A DNA stretch of 63,957 nucleotides, filler included, from Octopus bimaculoides (GCF_001194135.2; 5 parts of 5 records of this genome joined end to end with filler, not necessarily neighbours in it); one strand, 5' to 3'. Positions 49,511-63,147 are shown, numbered from the whole stretch's first letter. The notes: generated from the sequence alone by a model not told the origin. A program made the numbers and translations.

Positions 49511-51136
49511 TAATTTATTGGATATTATAATTATAAAGATTGATGCTATGGGGGGAAAATTTTAATGTAAAGAATCTTGTCACAGGTATCAATACATTCT
49601 GTTAAGAGTCTGAGTTGCATCATAATTAATGGGTTTATATATCTGTGATTGATAGTCAAGTAAATTACATAAACACTCCTAACTTACCATTTGTTCGGTT
49701 ATGATTTATTTATTCAATTTAAAGATTACTTCTACTTTGTTTATCCTCAGTTAAGTGATTAAGAAAACAATTTAGTGTGACTGAAGACTTGCCAAGGAAG
49801 AGTATCATGTTGAACTGGCATCACCAGTTATGATGTTCTAAAGAAAATAACTAATACTATAGAATATCTTTAAGGTGACGAGCTGGTAGAATTTTCAGCA
49901 TGCTAGGCAAGATGCAACATTTTGTCCATCTTTATGTTCTGAGTTCAAATTCTATGAGGGAAATAAAGAAGTACTTGAGCACAACAGGATTTGAAGAATT
50001 AAAAGATATACAAAAAATGTTGGGTAAATGAATTTATGAAGTTTATTGGTGATAGTCTTCTGAAACATGTCAACTCATTGAAAGAGATGAGAAGTATAGA
50101 GATTTGTTTATTCAATTTGTTCATTCATCATCATCATTATTTCTTCTGCTTTCCATGCTGGCATGGGTTGGACAGTTTGACAGGGGCTGNNNNNNNNNNN
50201 NNNNNNNNNNNNNNNNNNNNNNNNNNNNNNNNNTTAATTAATTAANNNNNNNNNNNNNNNNNNNNNNNNNNNNNNNNNNNNNNNNNNNNACAAAAACTGG
50301 GCTATATAGACAGAGTTTGTGTGTGGATATATGATGGTGTGACCGTGTTGTCCACTTTCTGTATTTCTCTCTCGCTCTCTCCATGTTTTATCTCTCATTG
50401 TCTATCTGTACATTTGTTGAATACGAACAAAAATAATTGTGCATAGATGTATTCCATGAATTTTATTTATTTTTTTATACTTAATTTATATTTCATTTAC
50501 TTATTTATCCCCTTTTCCTGGATTGTATCTTTTCTTTTTTTCCATTCAAGTACACATTGAATTTCTAATAGAAATTATCGCCGTACCCCAACCCCTCCCT
50601 TTCCCACTTGGAATCGGTTATTTAACAGAGTTTCCACAGAAAGCGATGCGTCCTTCCTTTACCGAAGTGGCAACAATGAACAGGGGCGAAAAATCAACAA
50701 TCGGTCCAGAATAATTCGTGTGATTGCTATAATGCTAAAACTAACGCTGTTGCAGATGCGCAACTCCGTTGGCGCATCTTTTGGTTTTGCAGACGTAAAT
50801 GAATTTATTTTATTGTTGATTTTGTTGATTTTTTTCTTTTTCCTTTCCCCTGTGGTAATGTGTTCAAATAGAACCTTGGATCAAATGTTTTACTGTTATC
50901 CATCTATTCTTCCATACGTTTTGTATCAGTTGATGTCTTATCACCTCTCTTGCGGTACAATCTGTACAGAAATGGCTGACATTTATTTTATGCTTTGGTG
51001 TTGTAAAGCAATACATGCACACACACACGCGACACATACAGAGTCACAAATGTATGAATGTATATTTATATACGCATGCATGCATTTATACACACATACA
51101 TACATGTATTATACATCGGTTTATATACAGATAAAT

Positions 51137-51345
51137 CGATTTCAAATTTTGGCACGTGGATAGCAAGTGCAGGAGAGTGTTTGAGTCGATTAAACTGACA
51201 TCAATATTGAAATGGTCTTTTATTGCACTCCACGAAAGAAGGAAATGCAAAGTCTATCTCGGCAGAATTTCAACACAGAACGTAACGACGAAGAAAATGC
51301 CGCTAAGCGTTTTATCCGGCATCCTAGTGTTTCTGCCAATTCTCC
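51137..51345 (-). mobile_element. SINE family B, CpG retained
   Basis: CTCGGCAGAATTTCAACACAGAACGTAACGACGAAGAAAATGCCGCTAAGCG. Confidence 0.7.
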
Positions 51346-51435
51346 TCATTTATACAAAGATAACTTATAAGTTATATATACGAAGGATTAACTCCGTATG
51401 TATATTATATATATATATAGTTATAAATATAAAAA

Positions 51436-51812
51436 TTAGTGGCTTTGAGGTAAGTAGCTTGCTTACCAACCACATAGTTCCAGGTTCAGTCCACTGCGTG
51501 GCACCTTGGACAAGTCTCTTCTACTACAGCCTCAGGCCCACTTTGTGAGTGGATTTGGTAGACGAAAACTGAAAGGAGCTCGTCGTATACATGTGAGTGT
51601 GTGAGTGTGTGTTTGTCCCCACCATCGCTTGACAACCGATATTGGAGTGTTTACGTCCCCGTCACTTAGCGGTTTGGCAAACAGGCCAATATGATAAGTA
51701 CTAGGCGCACAAAGAAAAAGTCCTCGGGTTGATTTGTTCGACTAAAGGTGCTGCTCCAACTTGGTCGCTGTGAAATGACTCAAACAAATAAAAGAATAAA
51801 GGAATAAAAGAA
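51436..51812 (+). mobile_element. SINE family A, full-length
   Basis: GGTAAGTAGCTTGCTTACCAACCACATAGTTCCAGGTTCAGTCC...CAAATAAAAGAATAAAGGAATAAAAGAATA. Confidence 0.85.
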
Positions 51813-51879
51813 TACATGCATATATACAGGATCGTTATTGAAGGACGCTAACGTTGATATTATTTTTTCCACATAGGGT

Positions 51880-52110
51880 GGCCAACTCGGTAGAATGTTT
51901 AGAATGTTTAGCACGTCGGTATTTCGTCTACCACCGGCATTTCGCTCTGAGTTCAAATTCCGCCGAAGTCGACTTTGCCCTTTCATCCTTTCGGCGTCGA
52001 TTAAATAAGTACCAGTTACGTACTGGAGTCCATGTAATTGGTTTAATTCCTTTATCTGTCCTTGTTTGTCCCCTCCATGTTTATCCCCCTGTGTGCATTA
52101 AATAAATAAA
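51880..52110 (+). mobile_element. SINE family B
   Basis: CTGAGTTCAAATTCCGCCGAAGTCGACTTTGCCCTTTCATCCTTTCGG. Confidence 0.85.
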
Positions 52111-52248
52111 TATTTCTTCTACAGATCAACTTCATTTTAACTAACGTATATTTCCATACAGCGATGTTTTCCAATTTTTTTTTTCTTCGCAGTTACGGAG
52201 ATGTACTTGTATAGCAAGTGACCTGGTCTGAGATCGTGTGCTTGAACA

Positions 52249-52565
52249 AAAACAATTGCAGCATGGAAGGTGTTTATAAGCCATTTAAAAAATACACAAA
52301 ACCCGTAAGATTCACTTCAACATTGAAATTTAATTTCTCAAAATATTTTCGTCGTTTTGAAACCGTGACCTGATCACTGACAAAATTCCGTACTGCGTCT
52401 CGGAATTTTGTCAGTGCTGCAACACGGAATTTTGTCAGTGAACAGGTAATGATTTCAAAACGATGAAAATATTTTGAGAAATTAAATTTAAATGTTGAAG
52501 TGAATTTAACGGTTTTTGTGTGTTTTTTAAATGGCTTATAAACACCTTCCACTTTGCAATTGTTT
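52249..52565. repeat. ~315-bp inverted repeat (palindromic MITE-like)
   Basis: GGAAGGTGTTTATAAGCCATTTAAAAAA / TTTTTTAAATGGCTTATAAACACCTTCC; centre CACTGACAAAATTCCG with the partner 16-mer CGGAATTTTGTCAGTG present twice. Confidence 0.85.
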
Positions 52566-52769
52566 CTTTTCAATACTTTCTTTTAAGGTATTACCTACGA
52601 TTATAGAAACACATATTGCGATATGTTACTTCATTTATTGCTGTGTATAATTTCTATTTTGAGCAATAACTGCAGAACATTGTAATATTTTTAGCACTTT
52701 GTTGTCACAGCCGTGCTTGCTGAGTTGACATTTCAGATTAGCTGCATACTGTATAATGGTTTCAATTTT

Positions 52770-52960
52770 TGCCACAAGTACAGCCATCTTGGTGGAGCGG
52801 ATGAGTCGATTACATCGAACCCAGTGTTCTACTGGTACTTATTTTATCGACCCCGAAAGGATGAAAGGTAAAAGTCAACCTTCGCGGAGTTCGAACTCAG
52901 AACGTAGCGACGGACGAAGTACCGCTAATCATTACGTCTAGTGTTCTAACGATTCTGCTA
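52770..52960 (-). mobile_element. SINE family B
   Basis: TTTATCGACCCCGAAAGGATGAAAGGTAAAAGTCAACC...TTCGAACTCAGAACG. Confidence 0.85.
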
Positions 52961-54951
52961 GCTCACCCTCGACACTACATTCTATATAACGTATATTTGA
53001 AACAAATAAAAGCTCGTATGGCGTATTCTACGATAGCTATTAAACGTAATTTCAAAATCGTTTATATTTCTTTGTTTCTCTCATTAAAATTTAGCACCAC
53101 TTTAAGAAGTTTAATTGAAAAACATCAACCCCAATACTAATGATTTAAAATAACATATCTGCGCCGTGTTGTTCTGGTCTCTTTTGCCTAATTGTTAAGT
53201 TATGTGTGCTTGTATCCCACTAACAACTAAGAATATCAGTTGACAATATCGGTGAGAGACTTGCAGAGATACGACGGATTTCACAATTTTCCTTACCTTA
53301 ATTCACTCAAAATGATTTGGTCGGCGCTGGGCTCTAGTATAATACTTGTCCAGCATATCGCGAAGATTTCTGGGAAGCCGAATCCACGTGATTGTAAAGC
53401 GAGATACTTAAACACACAGTCAAGCGTGCACCTAGGCTGAAATTCTTTCTTTTTTTTTTTTTGATTAAGTAAATACCTTGACTTATTAAATTACTTCGTT
53501 TGTTCTTTTGCAGAGACGATGCTATTCTTCATTCGATTTCAACTCCAACGGTAACAGTGGGGCTGTGGTGACGGAGTGAATAGAACTCTAATCAGCCGGA
53601 CACTTGCTGCACTTTTCTGTCTAATTTAAAAGTTAAACAACGAACAAACCGTTTCGCTATAAAATAGCAAACACTTGAGTGCAGGAATAAATGTTTCATT
53701 GTATTTATATTAATGAAGGAAATATTAAGATCGTAGTAAAGCAGCGGGAGTCTGTCTGCGGCTGAAATTAGTGATTTGAATCTGTTGAAAAGTGTAATAA
53801 ATTGCTCTGCCGTCTGGAAGAGGAATCGGCTGAAGGTTTGGGCGGAATGATTTGGTAGAATGGCGTTTTGTAATGACAATGAATCCATGATTTGGGAGTA
53901 GTGAGAGAGAAAACAACGACGCTGAATTGAGAAGAATGGCAAAAGGAAAGACGGAAGGAAGAATGAGAAAGAATAGTGCATGCGAAACGATGACACAGTG
54001 GAGACGGGTCAAAGAGGGGAACTAATCAAAATAGTTCTAGCAACTTTGTAAAATGGAGGAAAAAATGAGATAATGATGGGAAGACTTGATAAATTGGAAT
54101 CGATTTTTAATAAGAATTTTGGCAGAATGACAAATTTTAAAAAACGAACAATGGAGGAAGGGTACGTGTAAGCTCATGAGAAGACAAGTAAGTCCTCCAT
54201 GTTTGACAGCTGTCCAATACATGTCACATTACAATGTCCCTCTCTAATTTTTCTCTCCATTTTTGATTTTAACCACCATAATTCTTCGCAATTTCAGTTG
54301 CTCACATTTAAATACTGATTAACAATTTTGCATCCTTTTCTTTTTCCTCTCAAATCCATGTCATCATAGGTGCCATGCAAGAAACTAACTTTCTAAACGG
54401 AAACTTAAACTATTTGACATTCGTCCAATTCATTTGAATATTGAAAGCATTAGTATTTGATTCTCCTTCTATCGAACGCTGAATTCAATCCTACCAATAT
54501 CTCATATTTATCTTTTAGGGATTTTCAAAACAGTTTCACTGGGAATATACTAATCCGTTGCTGATAACAAGCGGATGTTTTTACAATGGAACATTGCTGA
54601 AAGCATCGGATTCGTACAAGGCAAATTTTACGAATTGCCATCCTAAAAGTATAATCTTTGGTGATGTACGATACACACAAACACAGAGGCACAAACATAT
54701 ACACACACACACATACACAAACACACATATAAATATACGAAGGAATTATTTCAATACCTGCCCAAATTGTCATGCGGTGGGACTGAAAATGACACAATAT
54801 GTCAGTCAAACAACCTTCTTACTACAAGAACACGCTTGCATATGTGTGCATATATATATATATANNNNNNNNNNNNNNNNNNNNNNNNNNNNNNNNNNNN
54901 NNNNNNNNNNNNNNNNNNNNNNNNNNNNNNNNNNNNNNNNNNATGTATATG

Positions 54952-54985
<34 letters not shown>

Positions 54986-55176
54986 TCTATGTATGTATGT
55001 ATGTATGTATATAAGCTGAAACAATTGAGTATTTACACACGACGAAAAGTATCACTACTCTTGATATCATCTGCAATGAACGTTTCTAATGTGATAACAT
55101 TATATAACTATAAAGTTTAAACCTACCACAAGGTAAGCAGATTCAAATCGTGCCGGACTTACAGTTTTTACCAACG

Positions 55177-55235
55177 ACTCATACTGAAGAAGGTTGAGGC
55201 CCTCGGACCACAATCGGAAAACATGGTATGTGAGT
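55177..55235 (+). ncRNA. Type-I hammerhead-like motif next to the Penelope RT
   Basis: ACTCATA-CTGAAGA-A-GGTTG...CAATC-G-GAAA-A-CATG-GTA-TGTGAGT; 7-bp helix I; one extra A before helix III. Confidence 0.45.
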
Positions 55236-55309
55236 TTCTCAATGGCATATTCTTTAAGGGCATGTTTTTTTTTTTATAAAGACTTAATTCTTTATCCATT
55301 TCCTCGCCT

Positions 55310-56140
55310 ACTGTTGTTTTTGTGTTATCTGGTGCTTTTCGGCTGTTGAACTAGTATATGAGGGGTGTGCTAATCGGAAATTTAAGTATTGGTGTATGTC
55401 TCTTAGTTTGTAAATTAAGTTTGTTTTGATATTTTCTTTTTCTTTAATGATAAGGTTATCCAGAAATGGTAGTTCCTGTCTGCTACACACTCCATAGTTA
55501 ATTGTATTGCTTCATGTTTATGATGGAATGGTATCTTTGCACTTCTACTTGGTTTCTATCCCAGAAGATGGTGCAATCGTCTAGATAACGTTTCCAGTTG
55601 TTATTAATGTAGGTGGCGAAATCTTGATTGAACGTTATCTGCAGTTGGGAATATATTTTTGTCTCTAGATATCCCATAACGAGTGTTGTCTATGTCGGGA
55701 CTACTTTGGTACCCAAGGCTGTTCCTTTTATTTGTAAATATAGTTCGTTATCAAAGAGGAAGTGGTTGTTCTCCAATATTAATCTGAGCACTTCCAAACT
55801 AAACTCTTTAGGGAATCTCTCTGAAATGGAATCTGGATATTTTTAATCCAGAAGTCAAAAGCTTCAATTCCTATGTCCTGTGGTATTTTAGTATATAAAC
55901 CAGTTACATCAAAGCTGACTAAGATTGTGTTGTGGTGTAATTTCTGGGGGTTATTGTTCAGGAACTCCATATGCCCGCTGATGTAGCATGGCAGTTTTTT
56001 TTACATAGGGGTTTCAGAATGATGTATAATAAGTTGCTTAGATGTTGTGTGGTTGAGGTCTGACCTGCGACAATTCAGCGTAATTTTAAATATGTCGGTT
56101 TTGGTACTTCGACATATGATGATATTTTGCATTTCCGGTA
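55310..56140 (-). mobile_element. Penelope-like element reverse transcriptase fragment (frameshifts, stops)
   Basis: IVAGQTSTTQHLSNLL..ILKP; ILVSFDVTGLYTKIP; QIKGTALGTKVVPT*TTLVMGYLE; WKRYLDDC (YLDD about 55577-55588); ELPFLD; HQYLNF..HP. All are PLE RT motifs. Confidence 0.88.
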
Positions 56141-59100
56141 TTTGGCGCGCCAAAACGAGGGCATTTTAAAAAATATAACCCCAAATATAATTGGAAGAAC
56201 TATTTTACAGGTTCAATCTCATGCGGACGTTTCGTGTGGAGTTCTGCAAATTATATTGCTATGACGAACACATTGAAAAGTTGCGGATAATTATGCAAGT
56301 AATTACGTGAGTGGTAACAACGAAACCGGTCTGTGATTAATCTCTATATTTTCTATCTTTTAATTTGTCTTGCTCGCTTACGTTCTGACGTTTGCAGAAT
56401 TTTCTTGAGAACAATTTCTTCTTAGTGGTCAGACCACAGGTGGTCTTCTTCTAGCATAATGGATGTCCGTTTAGTAGTCATCCCTCTTATATGTATGTAA
56501 TATAATTTTTCTGAATCGTCAGATTTTTCAATATGCTAGGCCATTGGCATTAAATTGATATTAATTAGATTAATACTCAATTTTTCACCCTTATTATTTA
56601 AATTTTTATATATATATATATATATNNNNNNNNNNNNNNNNNNNNNNNNNNNNNNNNNNNNNNNNNNNNNNNNNNNNNNNNNNNNNNNNNNNNNNNNNNN
56701 NNNNNNNNNNNNNNNNNNNNNNNNNNNNNNNNNNNNNNNNNNNNNNNNNNNNNNNNNNNNNNNNNNNNNNNNNNNNNNNNNNNNNNNNNNNNNNNNNNNN
56801 NNNNNNNNNNNNNNNNNNNNNNNNNNNNNNNNNNNNNNNNNNNNNNNNNNNNNNNNNNNNNNNNNNNNNNNNNNNNNNNNNNNNNNNNNNNNNNNNNNNN
56901 NNNNNNNNNNNNNNNNNNNNNNNNNNNNNNNNNNNNNNNNNNNNNNNNNNNNNNNNNNNNNNNNNNNNNNNNNNNNNNNNNNNNNNNNNNNNNNNNNNNN
57001 NNNNNNNNNNNNNNNNNNNNNNNNNNNNNNNNNNNNNNNNNNNNNNNNNNNNNNNNNNNNNNNNNNNNNNNNNNNNNNNNNNNNNNNNNNNNNNNNNNNN
57101 NNNNNNNNNNNNNNNNNNNNNNNNNNNNNNNNNNNNNNNNNNNNNNNNNNNNNNNNNNNNNNNNNNNNNNNNNNNNNNNNNNNNNNNNNNNNNNNNNATA
57201 TATATATATATATATATATATATACTCACACACACACTTATATATTGCTCAGACGTCATAGTATCTGTTTTTTCTCTTCTTTCTTTCTCACTCTGATGTA
57301 TCGATAGGTATACAAACACATATTTGCAGGTTCAAATGCATTCATATATATAGGCATATATTATTATTAATGGATAGGCATATATATATGTATAAATATG
57401 TATACATATCTACATTTACACGTACACATAGGCACGCGCACACACACACATAAAAAAACACATACGCATACAAACACACATGCACACACGTACGCACATA
57501 CACACATATAGATATACATGCATTCGTGCAAGTATACATGCATAGATGCCTTTTATGTATGTATGTGTGTACGTGTCTGGTATATACGCGTCCATATTGT
57601 AGACTTTGTGGATTACAGCAAAACATTATACAGAACAAGAGTAATCTGACTATCTCTTTAGAAATATCTGCTTACCATTCTTCCCTCTCTTTCTCTGTCA
57701 CTGTATATATCTGATCAATAAGAGGGTATTTTGATTAGAATCACCAGTAGAACTGCAAATCAATGTTACGTCGAGTTTCTCAGGTCGACCCTCTCCTCAT
57801 GTTAATAGCCTGTTAACTGCAATAAGGAATATATAACCGAGCAATTTATATTAACTTTATCATCTCTTTGCGTGTATTAGATTTCTCTATTAACTAAATT
57901 AACAGCATAGCAACCTAAAACTCGATATATGTTGGGAGAAATTTCATTTTATATCAGAGCATCAACTAACACTATTGATCAAAGACACATGATGAGCGAT
58001 GTATAGAAGCTTGTTGAAAATATTTGCAACGAAATCTGCAATATAATATGCTACTTTTCAAGAGAATTATTATTATTTTTATTATTATCATTCTTATTCT
58101 TTGTTTGTTTATGGTGTTTTATTTTGTTCTCATTTGTGAAGCCATACATGTAGATTGTTATCCAATAATGTAATGTGCATGGCAAGTGTGATTTTTAGGG
58201 TCAGCCGTAATATTCTATTATCAGATCTAACCATCATTAATTGTACGTTTTTGCTCATACTTTACTTCGTTATTCATGCAATAATTTTTTTTTCCCTTCC
58301 AACCAAACCAAGCCAAAGAGTATAATACAAGCTGGAATACATTATTCTCTCTATTATACAACCCTTTTTCATGCTCATAGAGAACTGTATACAACTTGGT
58401 TTTATTATCTTAATATGATCGCTATCGGTAACGGAGCTATACATCAGTAGTAATAGTAAAAATGCTAAGCACGTTATTGTAAGGTGATGAGTTCAAGTTC
58501 TATAGATTTATGACTTGAAGAAATTTTATTGGTTTTCAGTAGTGAAAATGGGGCTAATGTGAATTAAGTTTGTACTCCAGCTACACACACACACACATAC
58601 ACATATATGCGAGTGTGTTTGTGTGTGTATGTACAAACACATACACACGTATATATATATATATGTATATATACTTTAATATATGTATGTGTCTATGAAT
58701 GTTTGTATCCCCTTAAATACTCGGGCCTGTCTGGACCCTTGCATGATCCTGCTACTTAGAAAATCTCCACCTTCAGGCCTATTTATTCTCATTATTTTAA
58801 TATAACTGCCCCATCTTTCTCTATGCATACGCACATTCAAACACAAACACACTCATACACACGTGTGTGTGGGTATACTTTTGTGTGTCTATATGTGTAA
58901 ATAAATTCATTGATTCGCGAATTAAACTTTGATAGTAACAATTCGCTCTATGGATTATCCTTCAGGCCTCACCTTAATAGCTGTTTTTTTTTGTTTTGTT
59001 TTTTTTTAGGTAAGTTTCATTTCTGCACATAGAGAATTTTAAGATGTTGTACCTCCAATGTAGCTGAATTTCAAGGGGTTGTAAGGAAATATTTTTTCTT

Positions 59101-60374
59101 TTTTTGTGGAGAGAAGGGGTGTGTATCTTGCAGTCTTCTTCCTCTTTTACTATTTCTTTCTTATTTCAGTCATTGATGAGATTCCTGGATATTCCGCTGC
59201 CACATGGTTGCATTAATTTCTTTCTCTTCTCAGGTTTCTCTATCGCTATTTACTTTTGTACCTAATTTCGATTTGTACTTATGTGATCCCGATCCACGAG
59301 GTGCGTGTTGATACAGGATATACCAGATTCCCTTTACGCATAAACTAAAGCCCGTAAGCCTTATTTCACAATATCCCTGCGCAATCTTTGATCACTACCC
59401 ATTCTCTACAACTAGTGTATTTTGAACTCAATGTTTGTTTTAGATATTTTTGCTTTGTTTTGTCGTATTATCAAACTAGATATGCATTTGTCCTTGCTTT
59501 TGTCATACTCAGTAAATTATATGTTCTAGGATCTATACTATATTTTATGGGGTTGGACGGGCCGAAGTTCCGTTGCTTCGTCTCTAAATTCTTACATACA
59601 TACCAATTAGTTTCGAGTGCAGGATCCATTCAACCCTTAACCTCAGATACATTAATTCCTCCATCCTGTGATCCCTGTAGAAGCAGCTCCAACTCGACGC
59701 CATTAGAATGAACGTTGGTTTTCATTACATTTTATGGATTTCGTATTTGCAATTATTCTTGTTATTGTTATGTGGTCATCATTATTACTCTTAATGTTGT
59801 TGCTGTCATTCATGTTGCTGTTATTTCGTTGCTGTTCATGTTAATGTTGTTCTTCTTATGTTTTCGTTATTATTATTACTACACGAAAACTATTACATGC
59901 GTTTTTAATTAGCAAAGATGTTATCCTGAGGTTTGGTGACATCAAGTCGCATAATATTTCAAGAATGGTTATTAAAATCCTTGCATAGTATAAGGGAGCA
60001 TAGAAGCTGCAATAGAAGTCTTTGTTCCAATATACTTTAGACAGCTAACTGCCAATATGGATGTGGTGCTGGATCTACGGACCACCCGGAAATTGGTATT
60101 TAGTTGATGTTTTGATTATAATGAGTGGCGATATGGGTTCAGGCATTACGCTATGAGTTCGAATCCTACCATCGTTTGCGGATATAATAAAGATCAGTTC
60201 ATTCGTGGTGAGCAAAACTAGAGAAAAATATGCAACTAGTTTAAAATTGAACCGCACTCTATCAGCTGACTTCTGTCATTGCCCTCAAAGCAGCTTGTAG
60301 GCTAGAACAGAAGAGAACTTTTAAGTACATAGATCTCTTAACGAAACCACCAAACAAAGTGACTGTCTACCTGT

Positions 60375-60378
60375 CTAC

Positions 60379-60466
<88 letters not shown>

Positions 60467-60478
60467 TTATCTATCTAT
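60375..60478. repeat. (CTAT)n microsatellite
   Basis: Direct reading. Confidence 0.95.
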
Positions 60479-60799
60479 TTATATATANNNNNNNNNNNNN
60501 NNNNNNNNNNNNNNNNNNNNNNNNNNNNNNNTTAATTAATTAANNNNNNNNNNNNNNNNNNNNNNNNNNNNNNNNNNNNNNNNNNNNGTGTGTGTGTGTG
60601 TGTGTGTATTCACGCACGAGAGCACACAAACTATCGGGCACACGTGTAGGCACGCACACATACACACACGTATCAATTTGCTAATTACTAACGCATCTCA
60701 GCATCTCGAATATCATAATCTTGTCTACATCGCATATCATTCTCTTGTCAATACGCAGGACGGCTGCCACAGGAAAATAAGAAAAGGCAATAAAACCGA

Positions 60800-61201
60800 C
60801 GACAAGGATGAGGACAATCCCGGCGGCTACGACGACGACGTAGACGATGATGATGATGGTGATGATGATGAAGATGTTGATGATGACAATGAAAGATGAT
60901 GATGATGATGACAATGATGATGACGACGATGATGATGATGAAGACGGTGATGGTGTTGATGATGATGATGATGATGATAGTTGTGTTTTTTTATTATTAG
61001 TAGTAGTATTACGATGCTGCTGATGCTTGTGATGATGGTGATGGTGATGAAGTTGAGGAGGAGGCAGAGGAAGAGCAACGTAGTACCACAATAAATCTGC
61101 TGAACTTACACCACCCATAGACAATACACCAGCCTTGATGTTGTGTAGATGGTCATATTGAAAGATAATTGTGATCCTATGATAACGACGATGACAACGA
61201 A

Positions 61202-61257
<56 letters not shown>
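60800..61257. repeat. (GAT/GAC)n-rich low-complexity tract
   Basis: Direct reading. Confidence 0.9.
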
Positions 61258-62179
61258 NNNNNNNNNNNNNNNNNNNNNNNNNNNNNNNNNNNNNNNNNNN
61301 NNNNNNNNNNNNNNNNNNNNNNNNNNNNNNNNNNNNNNNNNNNNNNNNNNNNNNNNNNNNNNNNNNNNNNNNNNNNNNNNNNNNNNNNNNNNNNNNNNNN
61401 NNNNNNNNNNNNNNNNNNNNNNNNNNNNNNNNNNNNNNNNNNNNNNNNNNNNNNNNNNNNNNNNNNNNNNNNNNNNNNNNNNNNNNNNNNNNNNNNNNNN
61501 NNNNNNNNNNNNNNNNNNNNNNNNNNNNNNNNNNNNNNNNNNNNNNNNNNNNNNNNNNNNNNNNNNNNNNNNNNNNNNNNNNNNNNNNNNNNNNNNNNNN
61601 NNNNNNNNNNNNNNNNNNNNNNNNNNNNNNNNNNNNNNNNNNNNNNNNNNNNNNNNNNNNNNNNNNNNNNNNNNNNNNNNNNNNNNNNNNNNNNNNNNNN
61701 NNNNNNNNNNNNNNNNNNNNNNNNNNNNNNNNNNNNNNNNNNNNNNNNNNNNNNNNNNNNNNNNNNNNNNNNNNNNNNNNNNNNNNNNNNNNNNNNNNNN
61801 NNNNNNNNNNNNNNNNNNNNNNNNNNNNNNNNNNNNNNNNNNNNNNNNNNNNNNNNNNNNNNNNNNNNNNNNNNNNNNNNNNNNNNNNNNNNNNNNNNNN
61901 NNNNNNNNNNNNNNNNNNNNNNNNNNNNNNNNNNNNNNNNNNNNNNNNNNNNNNNNNNNNNNNNNNNNNNNNNNNNNNNNNNNNNNNNNNNNNNNNNNNN
62001 NNNNNNNNNNNNNNNNNNNNNNNNNNNNNNNNNNNNNNNNNNNNNNNNNNNNNNNNNNNNNNNNNNNNNNNNNNNNNNNNNNNNNNNNNNNNNNNNNNNN
62101 NNNNNNNNNNNNNNNNNNNNNNNNNNNNNNNNNNNNNCTCTCTATCTGTCTGTCTATCTCTGTCTATGTATACATGCAT

Positions 62180-62395
62180 GTTTCTATGTATTCTTTATTT
62201 GTTTCAGTCATTTGACGGCGGACATGCTGGAGCATCGCCTTAAGTCGAGCATTTCGACCCTAGGACTTATTCTTTGTAAGTCTGGTACTTATTCTATCGG
62301 TCTCATATTTCCCAACCGCTAAGTTACGGGGGCGTATACACAACAACATCGGTTGTCAAGCGATGGTGGGGGACAAACAGACACACACATATACA
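62180..62395 (-). mobile_element. SINE family A, 3' half
   Basis: TTTGTTTCAGTCATTTGACGGCGGACATGCTGGAGC...GGGGACAAACAGACAC. Confidence 0.85.
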
Positions 62396-62396
62396 C

Positions 62397-62439
<43 letters not shown>

Positions 62440-62475
62440 AGGTTGAAAAGGAACAAACGAGTTGATATATATATA

Positions 62476-62600
62476 TGGTTCTGGGTTCAGTCCCACTGCG
62501 TGGCACCTTGGGGAAGTGTCTTCTACTATAGCCTCGGGCCGATCAAAGCCTTCTGAATGGATTTGATAGATGGAAACTGAAAGAAGCCCGTCGTATATAT
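62476..62600 (+). mobile_element. SINE family A, 5' half, opposite orientation
   Basis: GGTTCTGGGTTCAGTCCCACTGCGTGGCACCTTGGGG...GAAGCCCGTCGTATAT. Confidence 0.85.
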
Positions 62601-63147
62601 ANNNNNNNNNNNNNNNNNNNNNNNNNNNNNNNNNNNNNNNNNNNNNNNNNNNNNNNNNNNNNNNNNNNNNNNNNNNNNNNNNNNNNNNNNNNNNNNNNNN
62701 NNNNNNNNNNNNNNNNNNNNNNNNNNNNNNNNNNNNNNNNNNNNNNNNNNNNNNNNNNNNNNNNNNNNNNNNNNNNNNNNNNNNNNNNNNNNNNNNNNNN
62801 NNNNNNNNNNNNNNNNNNNNNNNNNNNNNNNNNNNNNNNNNNNNNNNNNNNNNNNNNNNNNNNNNNNNNNNNNNNNNNNNNNNNNNNNNNNNNNNNNNNN
62901 NNNNNNNNNNNNNNNNNNNNNNNNNNNNNNNNNNNNNNNNNNNNNNNNNNNNNNNNNNNNNNNNNNNNNNNNNNNNNNNNNNNNNNNNNNNNNNNNNNNN
63001 NNNNNNNNNNNNNNNNNNNNNNNNNNNNNNNNNNNNNNNNNNNNNNNNNNNNNNNNNNNNNNNNNNNNNNNNNNNNNNNNNNNNNNNNNNNNNNNNNNNN
63101 NNNNNAAAAGAAGGAAGCAAACATTGCTGACTTGTAATAAATATTAG

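Noticed and set aside
60588-61257. Acidic, poly-His and poly-Ser ORFs
   Set aside because: Products of (GAT)n/(CAT)n tracts.
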